DNA of 64,000 nucleotides, from assembly GCA_003707115.1 (NCBI GenBank), contig PPNB01000016.1, positions 124,001-188,000 on the forward strand, written 5' to 3'. The first letter of the stretch is position 1, and the number at the start of each line of letters is the position of its first letter. Positions 42,012 through 51,979 of the stretch are shown piece after piece. The DNA is from Tortispora ganteri. Its lineage: Eukaryota. Both the position numbers and the translations under genes were made by a program. The notes under the pieces are model-generated. The model was given only the letters and a program-made list of their open reading frames with translations. It had not been told where the DNA came from and made no database searches.

Positions 42012-43949
42012 CTATGCCATGTCGTTGGATACCAACTCATAAGAAACATCTGCCTGTTTAAGATTTGCGGGCAATTCATACAGAGTAGAGTAATCTAGCA
42101 ACTGCCCTCCTAAATATCCTTCATTAGTATCCTGCACGAGACTGAACCTATTATGCGAATGTGACATCCAAAAATCTACACAGTTAGTCTTAACGCCCTG
42201 ATCGTACATAATCTCTGCGTTCTGATGCTTGAACGTATGCGCAGCTGTCTCCCGAGCAGTGGCGGCAAACTGATCCAGCCCGAGTAGTCGCACGAGTTTT
42301 GCAAATCTACCGGTTCGCGGATACGTTTTTCCCGGTTTTAAGACTGTATCAATACGAGATGCTTCGTTAGATGTCAAATTCCGGCAAATATGATGAACTT
42401 GAACGACCAAAAGCGCCGTTATCCACACTTCCTGCAAGCAGGACCACACCGTCAGTCCAACTATGAATGGAGCAGCGGTAAAATATTGACACGCAGCTTC
42501 GGGAAGAACATAACAAGAGCTCTCAAGAGGCTGGTCTTGCAGCAAAATCGGTACGTATTGGCAAACAAGGGATACAAACAATATAATCCCCAACCATAGA
42601 AGAGCAACAAACACAGTAAAAGATCTGTGGTTCCTAATGCCAACACAATTATCTATCCAGGGACAATGGTGGTCCATTCTTGCAACACAGCGCTTGCAAA
42701 ACTTGCAATGCTTGCTTCGTAAAGGTTTCCGCATAAAACACGTCAGACAAAAATGGCGCGAGTCGTAAATGCGTTGTTCGAGAAGATTACGTATCGTTTC
42801 ATACTGGTCCTTGACGGAAGATAGTCGATCGATAAAACCCGGATCTGCAAGCATAGATTGCAAAAATGTGACTAAGACTCCTATGAAAACCAGAAAAAAA
42901 AAGAAACACAATAGCGTATGTGACGAAAGCATCTCTGGCATGATATTGGTGAAAAATGTGACGCCGACCCAAAACAGAGTACCTGAAAATATACCGCAAA
43001 GCAGAGGTAATTCAAGAGGATCAAAATGATAATAATGCAGAGGTATTAAAACTCTGGTCGTCAAAAGAAAAAATGCAAAAGACAAACAGATTAGGACCGG
43101 TATTCCTAAAAACACTGGCAAAGAGGACATGCTCAGAATAATCAGTGGAAGGTAGAGGTAAGGACAAAATAGAATGAGGAGCCTTGAGATATTAGGCGGC
43201 AGCCTTGTAGGTTTTGGCGAGCCTGATGGTGTATATCCCGCTTGGTATAAAGCCAGTTCATACGCATGGACGTTGTTCATGTCTTGTGCTATGTCAGAGC
43301 AATTCTTACCTGTGGATGTTCTGACTGTGACAAGGGATCCATCCTCTATCAGTCGACGCATGCAGGCGATATTTCCCCTAACAACACCCCAATGCAATGC
43401 AGTAAACCCAGTATCATCTGTCATTGTAACATTAGCGCCCCACCGCAGAAGAACATCGAGTGACAATGCATCGCCTTGATAGGCGGCCCAATGGAGCGAC
43501 GTTCTGCCGGCAGAGTCTACAGAGTTCACAGGCACGCCCTGATGCAGTAAATACGTCACTGTCAGGACATTAGAGGAGTGAACCGCCAAGTGTAGGGCAT
43601 TATAGCCCTGTTTTTCTTTCCGTAGCGGATCTGCGCCATTCTCTATTAGGAAGTACACAGCATAAACATGACCAGCCTGCGCCGCCCAGTGCAACGGTGT
43701 GCCATCAAGATCGCCACCAGGAGGATCGATTTCGCAACCACTATCTATAAGGAATTGGCATATATCTATACGATTGTTGATGGCGGCCCAGTGGAGCGCC
43801 CTTGTATTATCCGGGGCAACCAGATCTACAGAAACGCCGCCTGTTGTAACAAGGCTCTTGATTTGCTCAAAGTCGCCCTGTTGTGCGGCAAGATGGAGCG
43901 CTGGAAGATGCGGCACATCATCATGTGGTTGAATATCTTCGTTTGGCAT
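42012..43949 (-). CDS. AKR1: Ankyrin-repeat DHHC palmitoyltransferase Akr1
   Basis: Ankyrin repeats (LHWAAINN, TPLHWAA, SLHWAAYQGD), TM helices, FCLTC..KPLRSKHCKFCKRCVARMDHHCPWIDNCVG. First in-frame ATG is at 43949 (the track start is a GTG). Confidence 0.93.
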   Translation of the reverse strand: MPNEDIQPHDDVPHLPALHLAAQQGDFEQIKSLVTTGGVSVDLVAPDNTRALHWAAINNRIDICQFLIDSGCEIDPPGGDLDGTPLHWAAQAGHVYAVYFLIENGADPLRKEKQGYNALHLAVHSSNVLTVTYLLHQGVPVNSVDSAGRTSLHWAAYQGDALSLDVLLRWGANVTMTDDTGFTALHWGVVRGNIACMRRLIEDGSLVTVRTSTGKNCSDIAQDMNNVHAYELALYQAGYTPSGSPKPTRLPPNISRLLILFCPYLYLPLIILSMSSLPVFLGIPVLICLSFAFFLLTTRVLIPLHYYHFDPLELPLLCGIFSGTLFWVGVTFFTNIMPEMLSSHTLLCFFFFLVFIGVLVTFLQSMLADPGFIDRLSSVKDQYETIRNLLEQRIYDSRHFCLTCFMRKPLRSKHCKFCKRCVARMDHHCPWIDNCVGIRNHRSFTVFVALLWLGIILFVSLVCQYVPILLQDQPLESSCYVLPEAACQYFTAAPFIVGLTVWSCLQEVWITALLVVQVHHICRNLTSNEASRIDTVLKPGKTYPRTGRFAKLVRLLGLDQFAATARETAAHTFKHQNAEIMYDQGVKTNCVDFWMSHSHNRFSLVQDTNEGYLGGQLLDYSTLYELPANLKQADVSYELVSNDMA

Positions 43950-44160
43950 CAGCCTTAGTGTGCTGGAATGCGGTGCAAATGCGATGGCCACCTGAGTTGG
44001 TTCACGATACCTACTATGGTAGGAAATTCAAAAATCCCGAAGGTGAGCAAATACTAACATGCGGCTGTTAAAGTTTAAATCAGGTTTAGGGTATGCTATA
44101 CCTCCCAAAAATGGAATATCGCACGCAGTAGCTGAATAGAAACGTAAACAACACCAAACA

Positions 44161-47100
44161 ATGCGTGTTCACGAGATTATCATTGATGGATTTAAGTCCT
44201 ATTCTTCTAGAACCACTATTAAAGGATGGGATTCGCAGTTTAATTGCATTACTGGTCTGAACGGCTCAGGAAAGTCGAACATCCTTGATTCTATCTGCTT
44301 TGTACTCGGTATCTCTTCCCTGACCACCGTTCGCGCACAGAGTCTACAAGATCTCATCTACAAGCAAGGTCATGGAGGTGTTACACGAGCTAGTGTTACC
44401 GTTGTATTTGATAATAGTGATCCGGCCACATGCCCTCCAGGCATGGAGAACGACCGTCAAATCAGCGTCACTAGACAGATCGTTCTCGGCGGTGGCAGCA
44501 AGTACCTAATCAACGGTAAACGTGCCACCCAGGAAGACGTTCATAGAATGTTCCGATCTGTTCAGCTGAATGTAAACAATCCAAACTTTTTAGTCATGCA
44601 GGGTCAAATCACAAAAGTCTTGAATATGAGGCCTCAAGATATCCTTTCTATGATTGGCGAAGCTGCCGGAACAAGACAATTCGAAAATGAAGTCTCCAAA
44701 GCGCAAAGAGAGCTTAGAAAGAAACAGGAAAAGCTCGAAGAGATTCAGCAATCGATTGCTAGCGAAATAGATCCGCGTCTTGAAAAGTATAGAAGCGATC
44801 GCCGTAAGCTCGCAGATTACAGATCAACATTGGCTAGAATTGAACTGCTGGAGCGCGCGGTTATTGCTCATGACTACGTTCAGTACGACGAGGCAAGAAA
44901 TTCTGTAAGTAAGGATCTTCAAGTCAGACAGGAACGCCTGCAATCATTTACTGACACTTGCACTTCTCTCTCTGAAGAGTTGGAGCGACTTAAAGAGGAA
45001 CTGACAGCGGCTAAGGAGCAACAAACCCTAGAAAATTCACAGAAAAAAGACATAGCGCCTAGAGAGAAGAAGCTTACTGAGCTATCAAACAATCTCGTAA
45101 GAATGAAAGCATCTCTGGAAATGCAAAAAACCAATTTAGAGGAAGAAATCAACTCTCGCGAAACTTACAATTCCAAGATATCGGTCACGAGACCTCATTT
45201 TGCTGAAATATCCAAAGATTTTGAGATGAAGAAACATAAACATGAACAATTGGTGCAGAAGTTACAGCGACTAACCTCAACTTGTGCGGAGCAGGAAGAC
45301 CTTATTCAAACTTTGCAACTTGGTGTTTCAGCTAAAGGCGCGCAAAACTCAGGATTACAAGCAAGTCTTACAGATGCACGTACTAAAGCCACAGAGGCTA
45401 TATCGAACTTTGATGCTGTAAAGGTTGCTATTTCCAACCTCGATTCTCGCATTTCAATTCTACAACCGAAAGTCGCTAGAGCTAAAATGACCATGTCAAC
45501 TGAAATGTCAGAACTAGATGATTTGAAAGCGCAACGTGATCATATCCTGGGGGAACTTAAGAAGCTCAACTACGACCCAGCTGAAGCTTCTTCACGGAAG
45601 TCGCGCAAAGGAGAACTGCAGTCGATTATTCACAAATTAGTCTCAGAGTCAGAACGCTTAAAACGCCGTGCATCAGGATTTGACTTCTCTTACAAAGATC
45701 CCGTGCCAAATTTTGATAGAAAAAAAGTAAAGGGAATGATTGGCAACTTATTTACTCTATCGGAAGACCGCAATGACGCTGCAACTGCACTTGAAACATG
45801 CGCTGGAGGACGACTTTTTAATGTTGTCACAGACAATCAGGAAACTGCAAAGCTCTTGATTGAGAAAGGTCAATTGCGACGAAGGTTTACTTTTGTTCCT
45901 CTCACTAAAATCAATCCCTTTGTCATTCCTCGCGATAAAGTTGAGCGAGCCAAATCTATTGCACCCGGAAAAGTCGAACTGGCTCTAGATCTTATAAAAT
46001 TTGATGCTAGCAATAAAGCGGCATTGGAATATGCCTTCGGCTCTACACTGATATGTTCAGATCCTGAAACCGCCAAGAAAGTCACATTTGATCCATCCAT
46101 TAGATGCCGAAGCGTCACATTGGATGGTGATGTTTATGAACCTACTGGTACACTCTCTGGTGGCAGCAAATCATCTAGTGGTGGTATACTAGCACAAATT
46201 CAAGCTTTCAACAAGATTTGCAATGAACTTAATGAAGCTGAGCTAGAAATGAAAGCATTGAACGCAGTTTCTGAAGAACAAAAATCTATTCTAGAGCGAG
46301 CGAATCAGTTGCAGCAAGAACTTGAACTTAAAGAACATGAAATTTCCCTTCGAGAGTCAGCGCTACAGAAAAATCGTGCCGCAACAGTGATTTTAGAACT
46401 TGAAACTGCAGAGAGAGAGAAAGAAGCCAAAGAAAGGGAGCTGGAAGATGCTATAATCCAGAAATCTGAAAGTGAAGCTGCTGTTAAACAAATTGAAGAT
46501 GATATGGAACAACTGAAAAACAATAAATCTGGAAAACTGCAAAGCATGCTTGAGAGACTAGAAAATTTCAAAGCTGAAAAGCTCTCGGTCACGGAAGAAA
46601 TAGAACGTGGAAATGAAGAATTTGAAGCACTAGAACGGGAAAATCATCAACTAGCCGCTGATATTGAAGACCTTGAGCTGAAAATTTCTGAAAGTGATGC
46701 TACTATTTTGCAATTGCGCGAGGAAATCAGCGCATCTGAATCGGATATATCAAAATTTGAGGAGGAAAAGAAGCATCTTGAAAGTGAACTCAACGAATTG
46801 AAGGCAGAACTTAATGCGAGTAATGAAATGCTTTCACGATTAGCGAAGCTCGAGAAGGAAAAAGTATCAGCTTTGAAAACCCATGACTTGGAGCGTAAGA
46901 AAGTTTCTAATGAAGTGGATGAGCAGAGAGGAAAGCTAGACGAATATGAACGCAAGATCGAGAAAATTGAGATGGAATATGAATGGGTGACTCAGGACAA
47001 AGATATGCTTGGAGTAGAAGGAAGCAAGTATGATTTCAGTCAGATTGACGTCGGATCTGCGAGAAAAGAATGGAATGAACTAAAACAAAAAGCTGGATCG

Positions 47101-47691
47101 CTCAAAGGTCAGGTTAACGAAGAGGTTCAATCTTTGATATCAATGTGGGAATCTCGACACCGTGAACTAAAGTCCAGGTTGAAGCGTGTGGAAAAGGACC
47201 AGCAAAAGATTCTACGAACTATTGAAGAGATCGAAAGTCATAAAAAAGAAGCTTTAGAAAATACGTGGCACCGTATCAACGATTCATTTGGACCAATATT
47301 TAACGATTTATTACCTGGAAGTCATGCTGAACTGAGACCTATGGAGGGTAAAACACTCATGGATGGTTTAGAAGTTAAGGTACGGCTAGGAGAGATATGG
47401 AAGGAGAGTTTGACAGAATTAAGTGGTGGTCAGCGATCTCTAATCGCACTTTCATTGATTCTAGCCATGTTGCGCTTTAGACCTGCACCTCTTTACATCT
47501 TAGATGAGATTGATGCTGCACTGGATTTAAGTCATACACAAAACATTGGACGCATGATCAAAACTCATTTCAAAGAATCACAGTTTATTGTTGTAAGTTT
47601 GAAAGAAGGATTCTTTTCCAATGCTAATCGCATTTTTCGCACTAAGCTCGTTGATGGCAAGTCGACAGTTGAGTCATCTGGCCAAGATTGA
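44161..47691 (+). CDS. SMC2: Condensin subunit Smc2
   Basis: IIIDGFKSY..FNCITGLNGSGKSNILDSICFVLG, NVNNPNFLVMQG, hinge (TLDGDVYEPTGTLSGGS), LSGGQRSL..YILDEIDAALDLSHTQNIG. Confidence 0.98.
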   Translation: MRVHEIIIDGFKSYSSRTTIKGWDSQFNCITGLNGSGKSNILDSICFVLGISSLTTVRAQSLQDLIYKQGHGGVTRASVTVVFDNSDPATCPPGMENDRQISVTRQIVLGGGSKYLINGKRATQEDVHRMFRSVQLNVNNPNFLVMQGQITKVLNMRPQDILSMIGEAAGTRQFENEVSKAQRELRKKQEKLEEIQQSIASEIDPRLEKYRSDRRKLADYRSTLARIELLERAVIAHDYVQYDEARNSVSKDLQVRQERLQSFTDTCTSLSEELERLKEELTAAKEQQTLENSQKKDIAPREKKLTELSNNLVRMKASLEMQKTNLEEEINSRETYNSKISVTRPHFAEISKDFEMKKHKHEQLVQKLQRLTSTCAEQEDLIQTLQLGVSAKGAQNSGLQASLTDARTKATEAISNFDAVKVAISNLDSRISILQPKVARAKMTMSTEMSELDDLKAQRDHILGELKKLNYDPAEASSRKSRKGELQSIIHKLVSESERLKRRASGFDFSYKDPVPNFDRKKVKGMIGNLFTLSEDRNDAATALETCAGGRLFNVVTDNQETAKLLIEKGQLRRRFTFVPLTKINPFVIPRDKVERAKSIAPGKVELALDLIKFDASNKAALEYAFGSTLICSDPETAKKVTFDPSIRCRSVTLDGDVYEPTGTLSGGSKSSSGGILAQIQAFNKICNELNEAELEMKALNAVSEEQKSILERANQLQQELELKEHEISLRESALQKNRAATVILELETAEREKEAKERELEDAIIQKSESEAAVKQIEDDMEQLKNNKSGKLQSMLERLENFKAEKLSVTEEIERGNEEFEALERENHQLAADIEDLELKISESDATILQLREEISASESDISKFEEEKKHLESELNELKAELNASNEMLSRLAKLEKEKVSALKTHDLERKKVSNEVDEQRGKLDEYERKIEKIEMEYEWVTQDKDMLGVEGSKYDFSQIDVGSARKEWNELKQKAGSLKGQVNEEVQSLISMWESRHRELKSRLKRVEKDQQKILRTIEEIESHKKEALENTWHRINDSFGPIFNDLLPGSHAELRPMEGKTLMDGLEVKVRLGEIWKESLTELSGGQRSLIALSLILAMLRFRPAPLYILDEIDAALDLSHTQNIGRMIKTHFKESQFIVVSLKEGFFSNANRIFRTKLVDGKSTVESSGQD

Positions 47692-47713
47692 GCTTCTGGA
47701 TTACCAGAATCAC

Positions 47714-48274
47714 TTAAGAGTCTTTAGAAGAGAGTATTTTTTGACGTGCTTGGAGGATCATATCTTCCCTTCGTTTCTTTAAGCTCTCTTGCCTTGAGAC
47801 TGGATCATCCGTCCACGATGTCTTCGATATAGAGACGGGCGCCTCGACGGAGACTTTATTATGCAGATTATATCTATCTATCAGATTGCTGTTTAGGTTT
47901 TGTGATGTGAACCCAGTAGATGTTGGATTGGAAGCTGGAGGAGCAGGAGGCGCTGCTGCAAACTGCGGGTTTTCTAGAAGGCTCTGGATGGTTGTCTCCA
48001 CATTGCCAGTTCGTTCCAGGTCTCTCCTTATGACGTCTTCAGGGATATTCGGAAGCAGCGTTTGAACAACCTCTATCATTCCTTGAGTAACAGCACGTCT
48101 ACTACGTCCGATACCGTTTATTTCTGATGCAGTTTGTGAATCCGTGCGGGATGAATTACGTGTCGCACCGTTCGAGATCGAAGACGGTTTGCGCGATGAA
48201 GAGTACCATCTAATCAACAAGAAACCTGCGAAAATAAAAAGGATAAAAGTTGTAGCTGAGCTATCTGATGCCAT
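47714..48274 (-). CDS. CUE1: Membrane-anchored CUE-domain protein (Cue1/Cue4-like, ERAD Ubc7 cofactor)
   Basis: N-terminal TM, CUE domain (VTQGMIEVVQTLLPNI..IRRDLERTGNVETTI), NLIDRYNL and C-terminal Ubc7-binding-like W..RQESLKKRREDMILQAR. Confidence 0.85.
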   Translation of the reverse strand: MASDSSATTFILFIFAGFLLIRWYSSSRKPSSISNGATRNSSRTDSQTASEINGIGRSRRAVTQGMIEVVQTLLPNIPEDVIRRDLERTGNVETTIQSLLENPQFAAAPPAPPASNPTSTGFTSQNLNSNLIDRYNLHNKVSVEAPVSISKTSWTDDPVSRQESLKKRREDMILQARQKILSSKDS

Positions 48275-48570
48275 ATTATATTAATAAGCGTTGATAAGAC
48301 CAGTCTGTAAGCCAGAAATTATGTTTAGTTCTTGTAAATGGTCGAACGAGGGAGGTTCCTGGTAATACCCAGCGAGTTAAGATAATTCACGTTACCAGGA
48401 CGACAGAATACCTTAGTACACTTTCTTTTTTCCTTATATATACTTGAAGGAAAGACCCAGAAAATCCTTAACTAGAATTTAATTTATTTCGTAAATTTCC
48501 AAACTAGGAGCATCAGCACACACAAACGATAGTGATAGCCAAGCTGACAATATTTATCAATAATAGAAGA

Positions 48571-50007
48571 ATGTTTCGGCTGAAATCGCTACGTTTGGCA
48601 AGCCGAATGCTATCGAGGCCGCGTTATGCGACTTCAAATAGTTGGCGAAGGCCAGTTAGGATAAATACCCGACATTTTCATGCCTCAATATCAAGATTTG
48701 CATCAGTGAAAGACCCGTACAAGGTACTTAATGTTGATAGAAATGCGTCGGCTAAGGATATTAAGAAGGCGTACTATGCTTTGGCGAAGAAATACCATCC
48801 AGATGTAAATAAGGAGGCGGGCGCTGAGGAGAGGTTCCATGATATTCAAGCAGCCTATGAGCTGTTGTCGGACTCTGAGAAAAAACGTCAGTACGATCAA
48901 TTTGGTGCTGCAGGAATGGGAGCCGGCGGAATGGGCGGAATGGGCGGAATGGGCGGAATGGGTGGAAACCCCGGTGGAGGTGGTGGATTCAATCCATTCG
49001 CAGGCTCAGAAGGCATTGATTTCGAAGAACTGTTTAAGAATGCGTTCGGTGGAGCAGGTATGGGCGGAGGCGGCCGACGTTCTGCGAACATGCACAGAGT
49101 TTATCGTGGTGAAGATATTGAAGTAAGTACCGTTTTGTCGTTTCTTGACGCTGCTAAAGGCAAGTCACAGACTGTCACTTATAGTGCGTTGACCCAGTGC
49201 ACGACGTGCGATGGCTCAGGGCTGAAACCAGGACGCAGTCGGAGTACCTGTGGTTCTTGCGGCGGATCCGGCACACAATCTCAGTTGCTAGCAGGTAATT
49301 TTCATGTGTCTACGACGTGTTCCGAGTGTGGTGGATCAGGGGTGGTTATCAACAGGTCTGACGCCTGTAGTACGTGTCATGCATCTGGTGTGGTGCACGA
49401 AACTAGAAGCACAGTTATAAATATTCCGCCTGGCGTGGAGGATGGTGTATTGTTGCGAGTTCCGCGAGAGGGAGATGCGCCTGACATTTTGAAAAGCTCC
49501 GGTATGCGGCTAGAAAATGGCGACTTGTTTGTACGGGTACGAGTGAGGCCACACAAGCATTTCAGGCGGGATGGATCAACTTTGTTGTATACGGCTGAAA
49601 TACCTATGACGACGGCAGCGCTCGGTGGGCGAATAAGAGTTCCTACTCTTGATGGCGAAGTCGATCTAACGGTTCCTTCAGGTACACAGCCTGGTACATC
49701 TATTACTATTCATGGCCGAGGTCTGCCGAAAGGCCCTCTAGGTGCCAGTGCAGGAGATATGAAGGTGAACTTTGATGTCAAGATCAAACGTCCCCAGAGC
49801 GCCGAAGAGACTGCACTACTTGAAGCACTAGCTGACACTATCAAAGACAATAACGCGAAGAGAATATACCCGCCTATGAAAGACAACGTATCTGCTGGAG
49901 AAAAGCCAGTTGAGAACCAGCATCACCAACGCCATGGGTTTTTGCGCGACGCGTTCCGAAGAATTCTTGGTAAAGGCGATGACCAGAACGACGACAAAAC
50001 GACATGA
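48571..50007 (+). CDS. MDJ1: Mitochondrial DnaJ (type I Hsp40) Mdj1
   Basis: Arg-rich presequence from ATG 48571, J domain with HPD, G/F(M)-rich linker, four CxxCxGxG-type repeats, DnaJ C-terminal domain. Confidence 0.95.
   Translation: MFRLKSLRLASRMLSRPRYATSNSWRRPVRINTRHFHASISRFASVKDPYKVLNVDRNASAKDIKKAYYALAKKYHPDVNKEAGAEERFHDIQAAYELLSDSEKKRQYDQFGAAGMGAGGMGGMGGMGGMGGNPGGGGGFNPFAGSEGIDFEELFKNAFGGAGMGGGGRRSANMHRVYRGEDIEVSTVLSFLDAAKGKSQTVTYSALTQCTTCDGSGLKPGRSRSTCGSCGGSGTQSQLLAGNFHVSTTCSECGGSGVVINRSDACSTCHASGVVHETRSTVINIPPGVEDGVLLRVPREGDAPDILKSSGMRLENGDLFVRVRVRPHKHFRRDGSTLLYTAEIPMTTAALGGRIRVPTLDGEVDLTVPSGTQPGTSITIHGRGLPKGPLGASAGDMKVNFDVKIKRPQSAEETALLEALADTIKDNNAKRIYPPMKDNVSAGEKPVENQHHQRHGFLRDAFRRILGKGDDQNDDKTT
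48925..48960 (+). repeat. Coding tandem repeat (GGCGGAATG)x4 encoding (GGM)4 in Mdj1
   Basis: Four perfect 9-bp units read directly. Confidence 0.95.
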
Positions 50008-50127
50008 TTCAATTTATGATTGAATCATTTTTGTAAATATTATATAAATGAAATCATGACATATAATTGTATATATTTTATTTATGAATGACAATCTCTA
50101 GTATTATGTACGCTATTTGTTGACTTA

Positions 50128-50158
50128 CACCGCTCCCACCGCTCCCACCGCTCCCACC
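50128..50158. repeat. Non-coding tandem repeat (CACCGCTCC)x3.4 upstream of SAP30
   Basis: caccgctcc caccgctcc caccgctcc cacc, a GC-rich island in an AT-rich intergenic region. Confidence 0.9.
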
Positions 50159-50201
50159 TGCCTTCCACAAACCACTTTGATAGTCTGGAAATAGCTTTAA
50201 A

Positions 50202-50615
50202 ATGCCGCCTAAAGCGCAACGCGACTCCGAAAACACAAAATCATCAAGCAGAAGAAATGCACGTGATGCTATTTCATCACAACTGTCCGCATACGTGCCT
50301 GCAGATGAAGCAGAGACGGATCCTGTCGACTTTTCAACGTTTTCTCTCGATACTCTGAGAGGATACCGTAAACTGCACAAACTCGCCGTTCCGCCTGCCT
50401 ACACCGTCGTAGGCGAGGTTCTCCGTGGACCGGAAGGCAAGAAGTCAGTTTCGTACAAGGCTATCCAGTCAAGGATTTCCAAGAATGACCTGGCAGCACA
50501 ATGCAAGCGGCATTTTTTGAGCCAACCCGTGAAAGAGAATGAAACTATTGTTGATTTCCTCTACACTGTGCGAAATCAGGATAAGGAGTTTCGACTAAGG
50601 TTCCATCCAGCTTGA
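50202..50615 (+). CDS. SAP30: Sin3-Rpd3L subunit Sap30 (Sin3-binding domain only)
   Basis: VDFSTFSLDTLRGYRKLHKL..RISKNDLAAQCKRHF..PVKENETIVDFLYTVRNQDKEFRLRF matches the SAP30 Sin3-binding domain. Confidence 0.87.
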   Translation: MPPKAQRDSENTKSSSRRNARDAISSQLSAYVPADEAETDPVDFSTFSLDTLRGYRKLHKLAVPPAYTVVGEVLRGPEGKKSVSYKAIQSRISKNDLAAQCKRHFLSQPVKENETIVDFLYTVRNQDKEFRLRFHPA

Positions 50616-50731
50616 TTATCTGTATGGTAGTCTATGAGCCACTCTGAGTCACAAACCTACTGGATTTAAAACTCATACTACGTTGTCTTACTAACACAAA
50701 AATTCATACTACGTTTAAAATGTGGAATCAA

Positions 50732-51154
50732 TTACCCTTTTATTCCGAACATACTGCTTAACATCTTCACGTCTTCTGGACTGATTTCAATCTTCTCTTC
50801 CGCTATAACCGTCTGCACTTTTGCCAACTGGTTCTTCAGGTCTTTGTCTGATAGCATTTTAATCATAGCCATCATACCAGGTGTTTCTCCTCCTTCTAAG
50901 AATCCTTTTTCCACAATTATATCCTGAAGCTTAACAAACTCTTCCAAAACTCGTGGTGCTTTCGACAATTTTTTGTACAGATCGGTTTGCGCAATAGCGG
51001 CAAGTCTGTTTGACGCCTCGCTATCGGTCAGGTCGGCGTATCCCCGCTTAATAACTACCACGTTTCCTCGATACTGTGTCGGCAAACATTGCACTCCCTG
51101 AACCAATCTCTTCTTGATTCCGATATTTAAAATTGATCTCGTAACTTTCAGCAT
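50732..51154 (-). CDS. Uncharacterised small protein, probably mitochondrial
   Basis: 140 aa. Basic, acid-free N-terminus ending ..IKRGYA (R-3-like cleavage site), followed by an amphipathic helical domain. Confidence 0.7.
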   Translation of the reverse strand: MLKVTRSILNIGIKKRLVQGVQCLPTQYRGNVVVIKRGYADLTDSEASNRLAAIAQTDLYKKLSKAPRVLEEFVKLQDIIVEKGFLEGGETPGMMAMIKMLSDKDLKNQLAKVQTVIAEEKIEISPEDVKMLSSMFGIKG

Positions 51155-51979
51155 ATTTATTTACGCGCGATTGCTATGACCTCTTTTTAACTAATAACTG
51201 CCACTTGAAAGAGTCTTCTTAGTCGCTAAGAAAGTTCAGTTTTCTTACTGGTTCAACGGACGAAGATTAGGGTACTCCAACCGTTCGAACTACTTCAGCT
51301 GCACCTCTACACCCCGCTAACATTCTTATTATTACTATACAACGATCATAAAGCTATGTACTAAATATAATAATCCAGATTTGTTTATAATTTGCGATAA
51401 ACAGTGTAGATTTAGCAATTATTTGCTGGTGCTTTTCCTGCTAACTAGACGTACAAAGCTAGACTTATATTCGATCTATCAGAATATTTAGAGACTTAAG
51501 AGCAGTATGAAGGCTGGTATGTTGTTCATGCAGTGAATATTGTGTAGTTTAAGTTTTTATAACATTAACTGAGTAAATAGCTACCTTATAACAAATTGTA
51601 ATAGTATCAGAGTCCGTTTTTTAAAGCTCTTTGCGAACGATCGAAACACCAATGCGTCGCCACTACTAGCTGACGTTCAATAATTGTGCATTCTTGCATA
51701 ATCTGTCAAAATTAAATTTAGCTGTATCTGCAAACATTGAGAGAATTTTTATTTCAAAAACGTTAGAACCATATTTATTTAAAAACTGGTATATATCTCC
51801 ACCAAGTATATGTAAACTATAAGCCTCATTTACCGTAAAAAGAAATAAAACTACACACCCTATCCGAATATTTTTTCGGATAAGTAATCCTTTAGCATTG
51901 ACTTAAATAGACGCACTTTTTGTCGCGTATATTTAGGTACATTTATATATCATAATAAAAAATAAATGCTTGCTAAAAA

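Noticed and set aside
48358..48376. CCTGGTAATACCCAGCGAG resembling the 3' core of a TPP riboswitch
   Set aside because: The 5' half (CTGAGA) is absent, neighbouring genes are unrelated to thiamine, and it is better explained as one arm of an inverted repeat.
51250..51292. GTTCGAAC B-box-like sequence within an imperfect hairpin
   Set aside because: No A box or cloverleaf, so not a tRNA.
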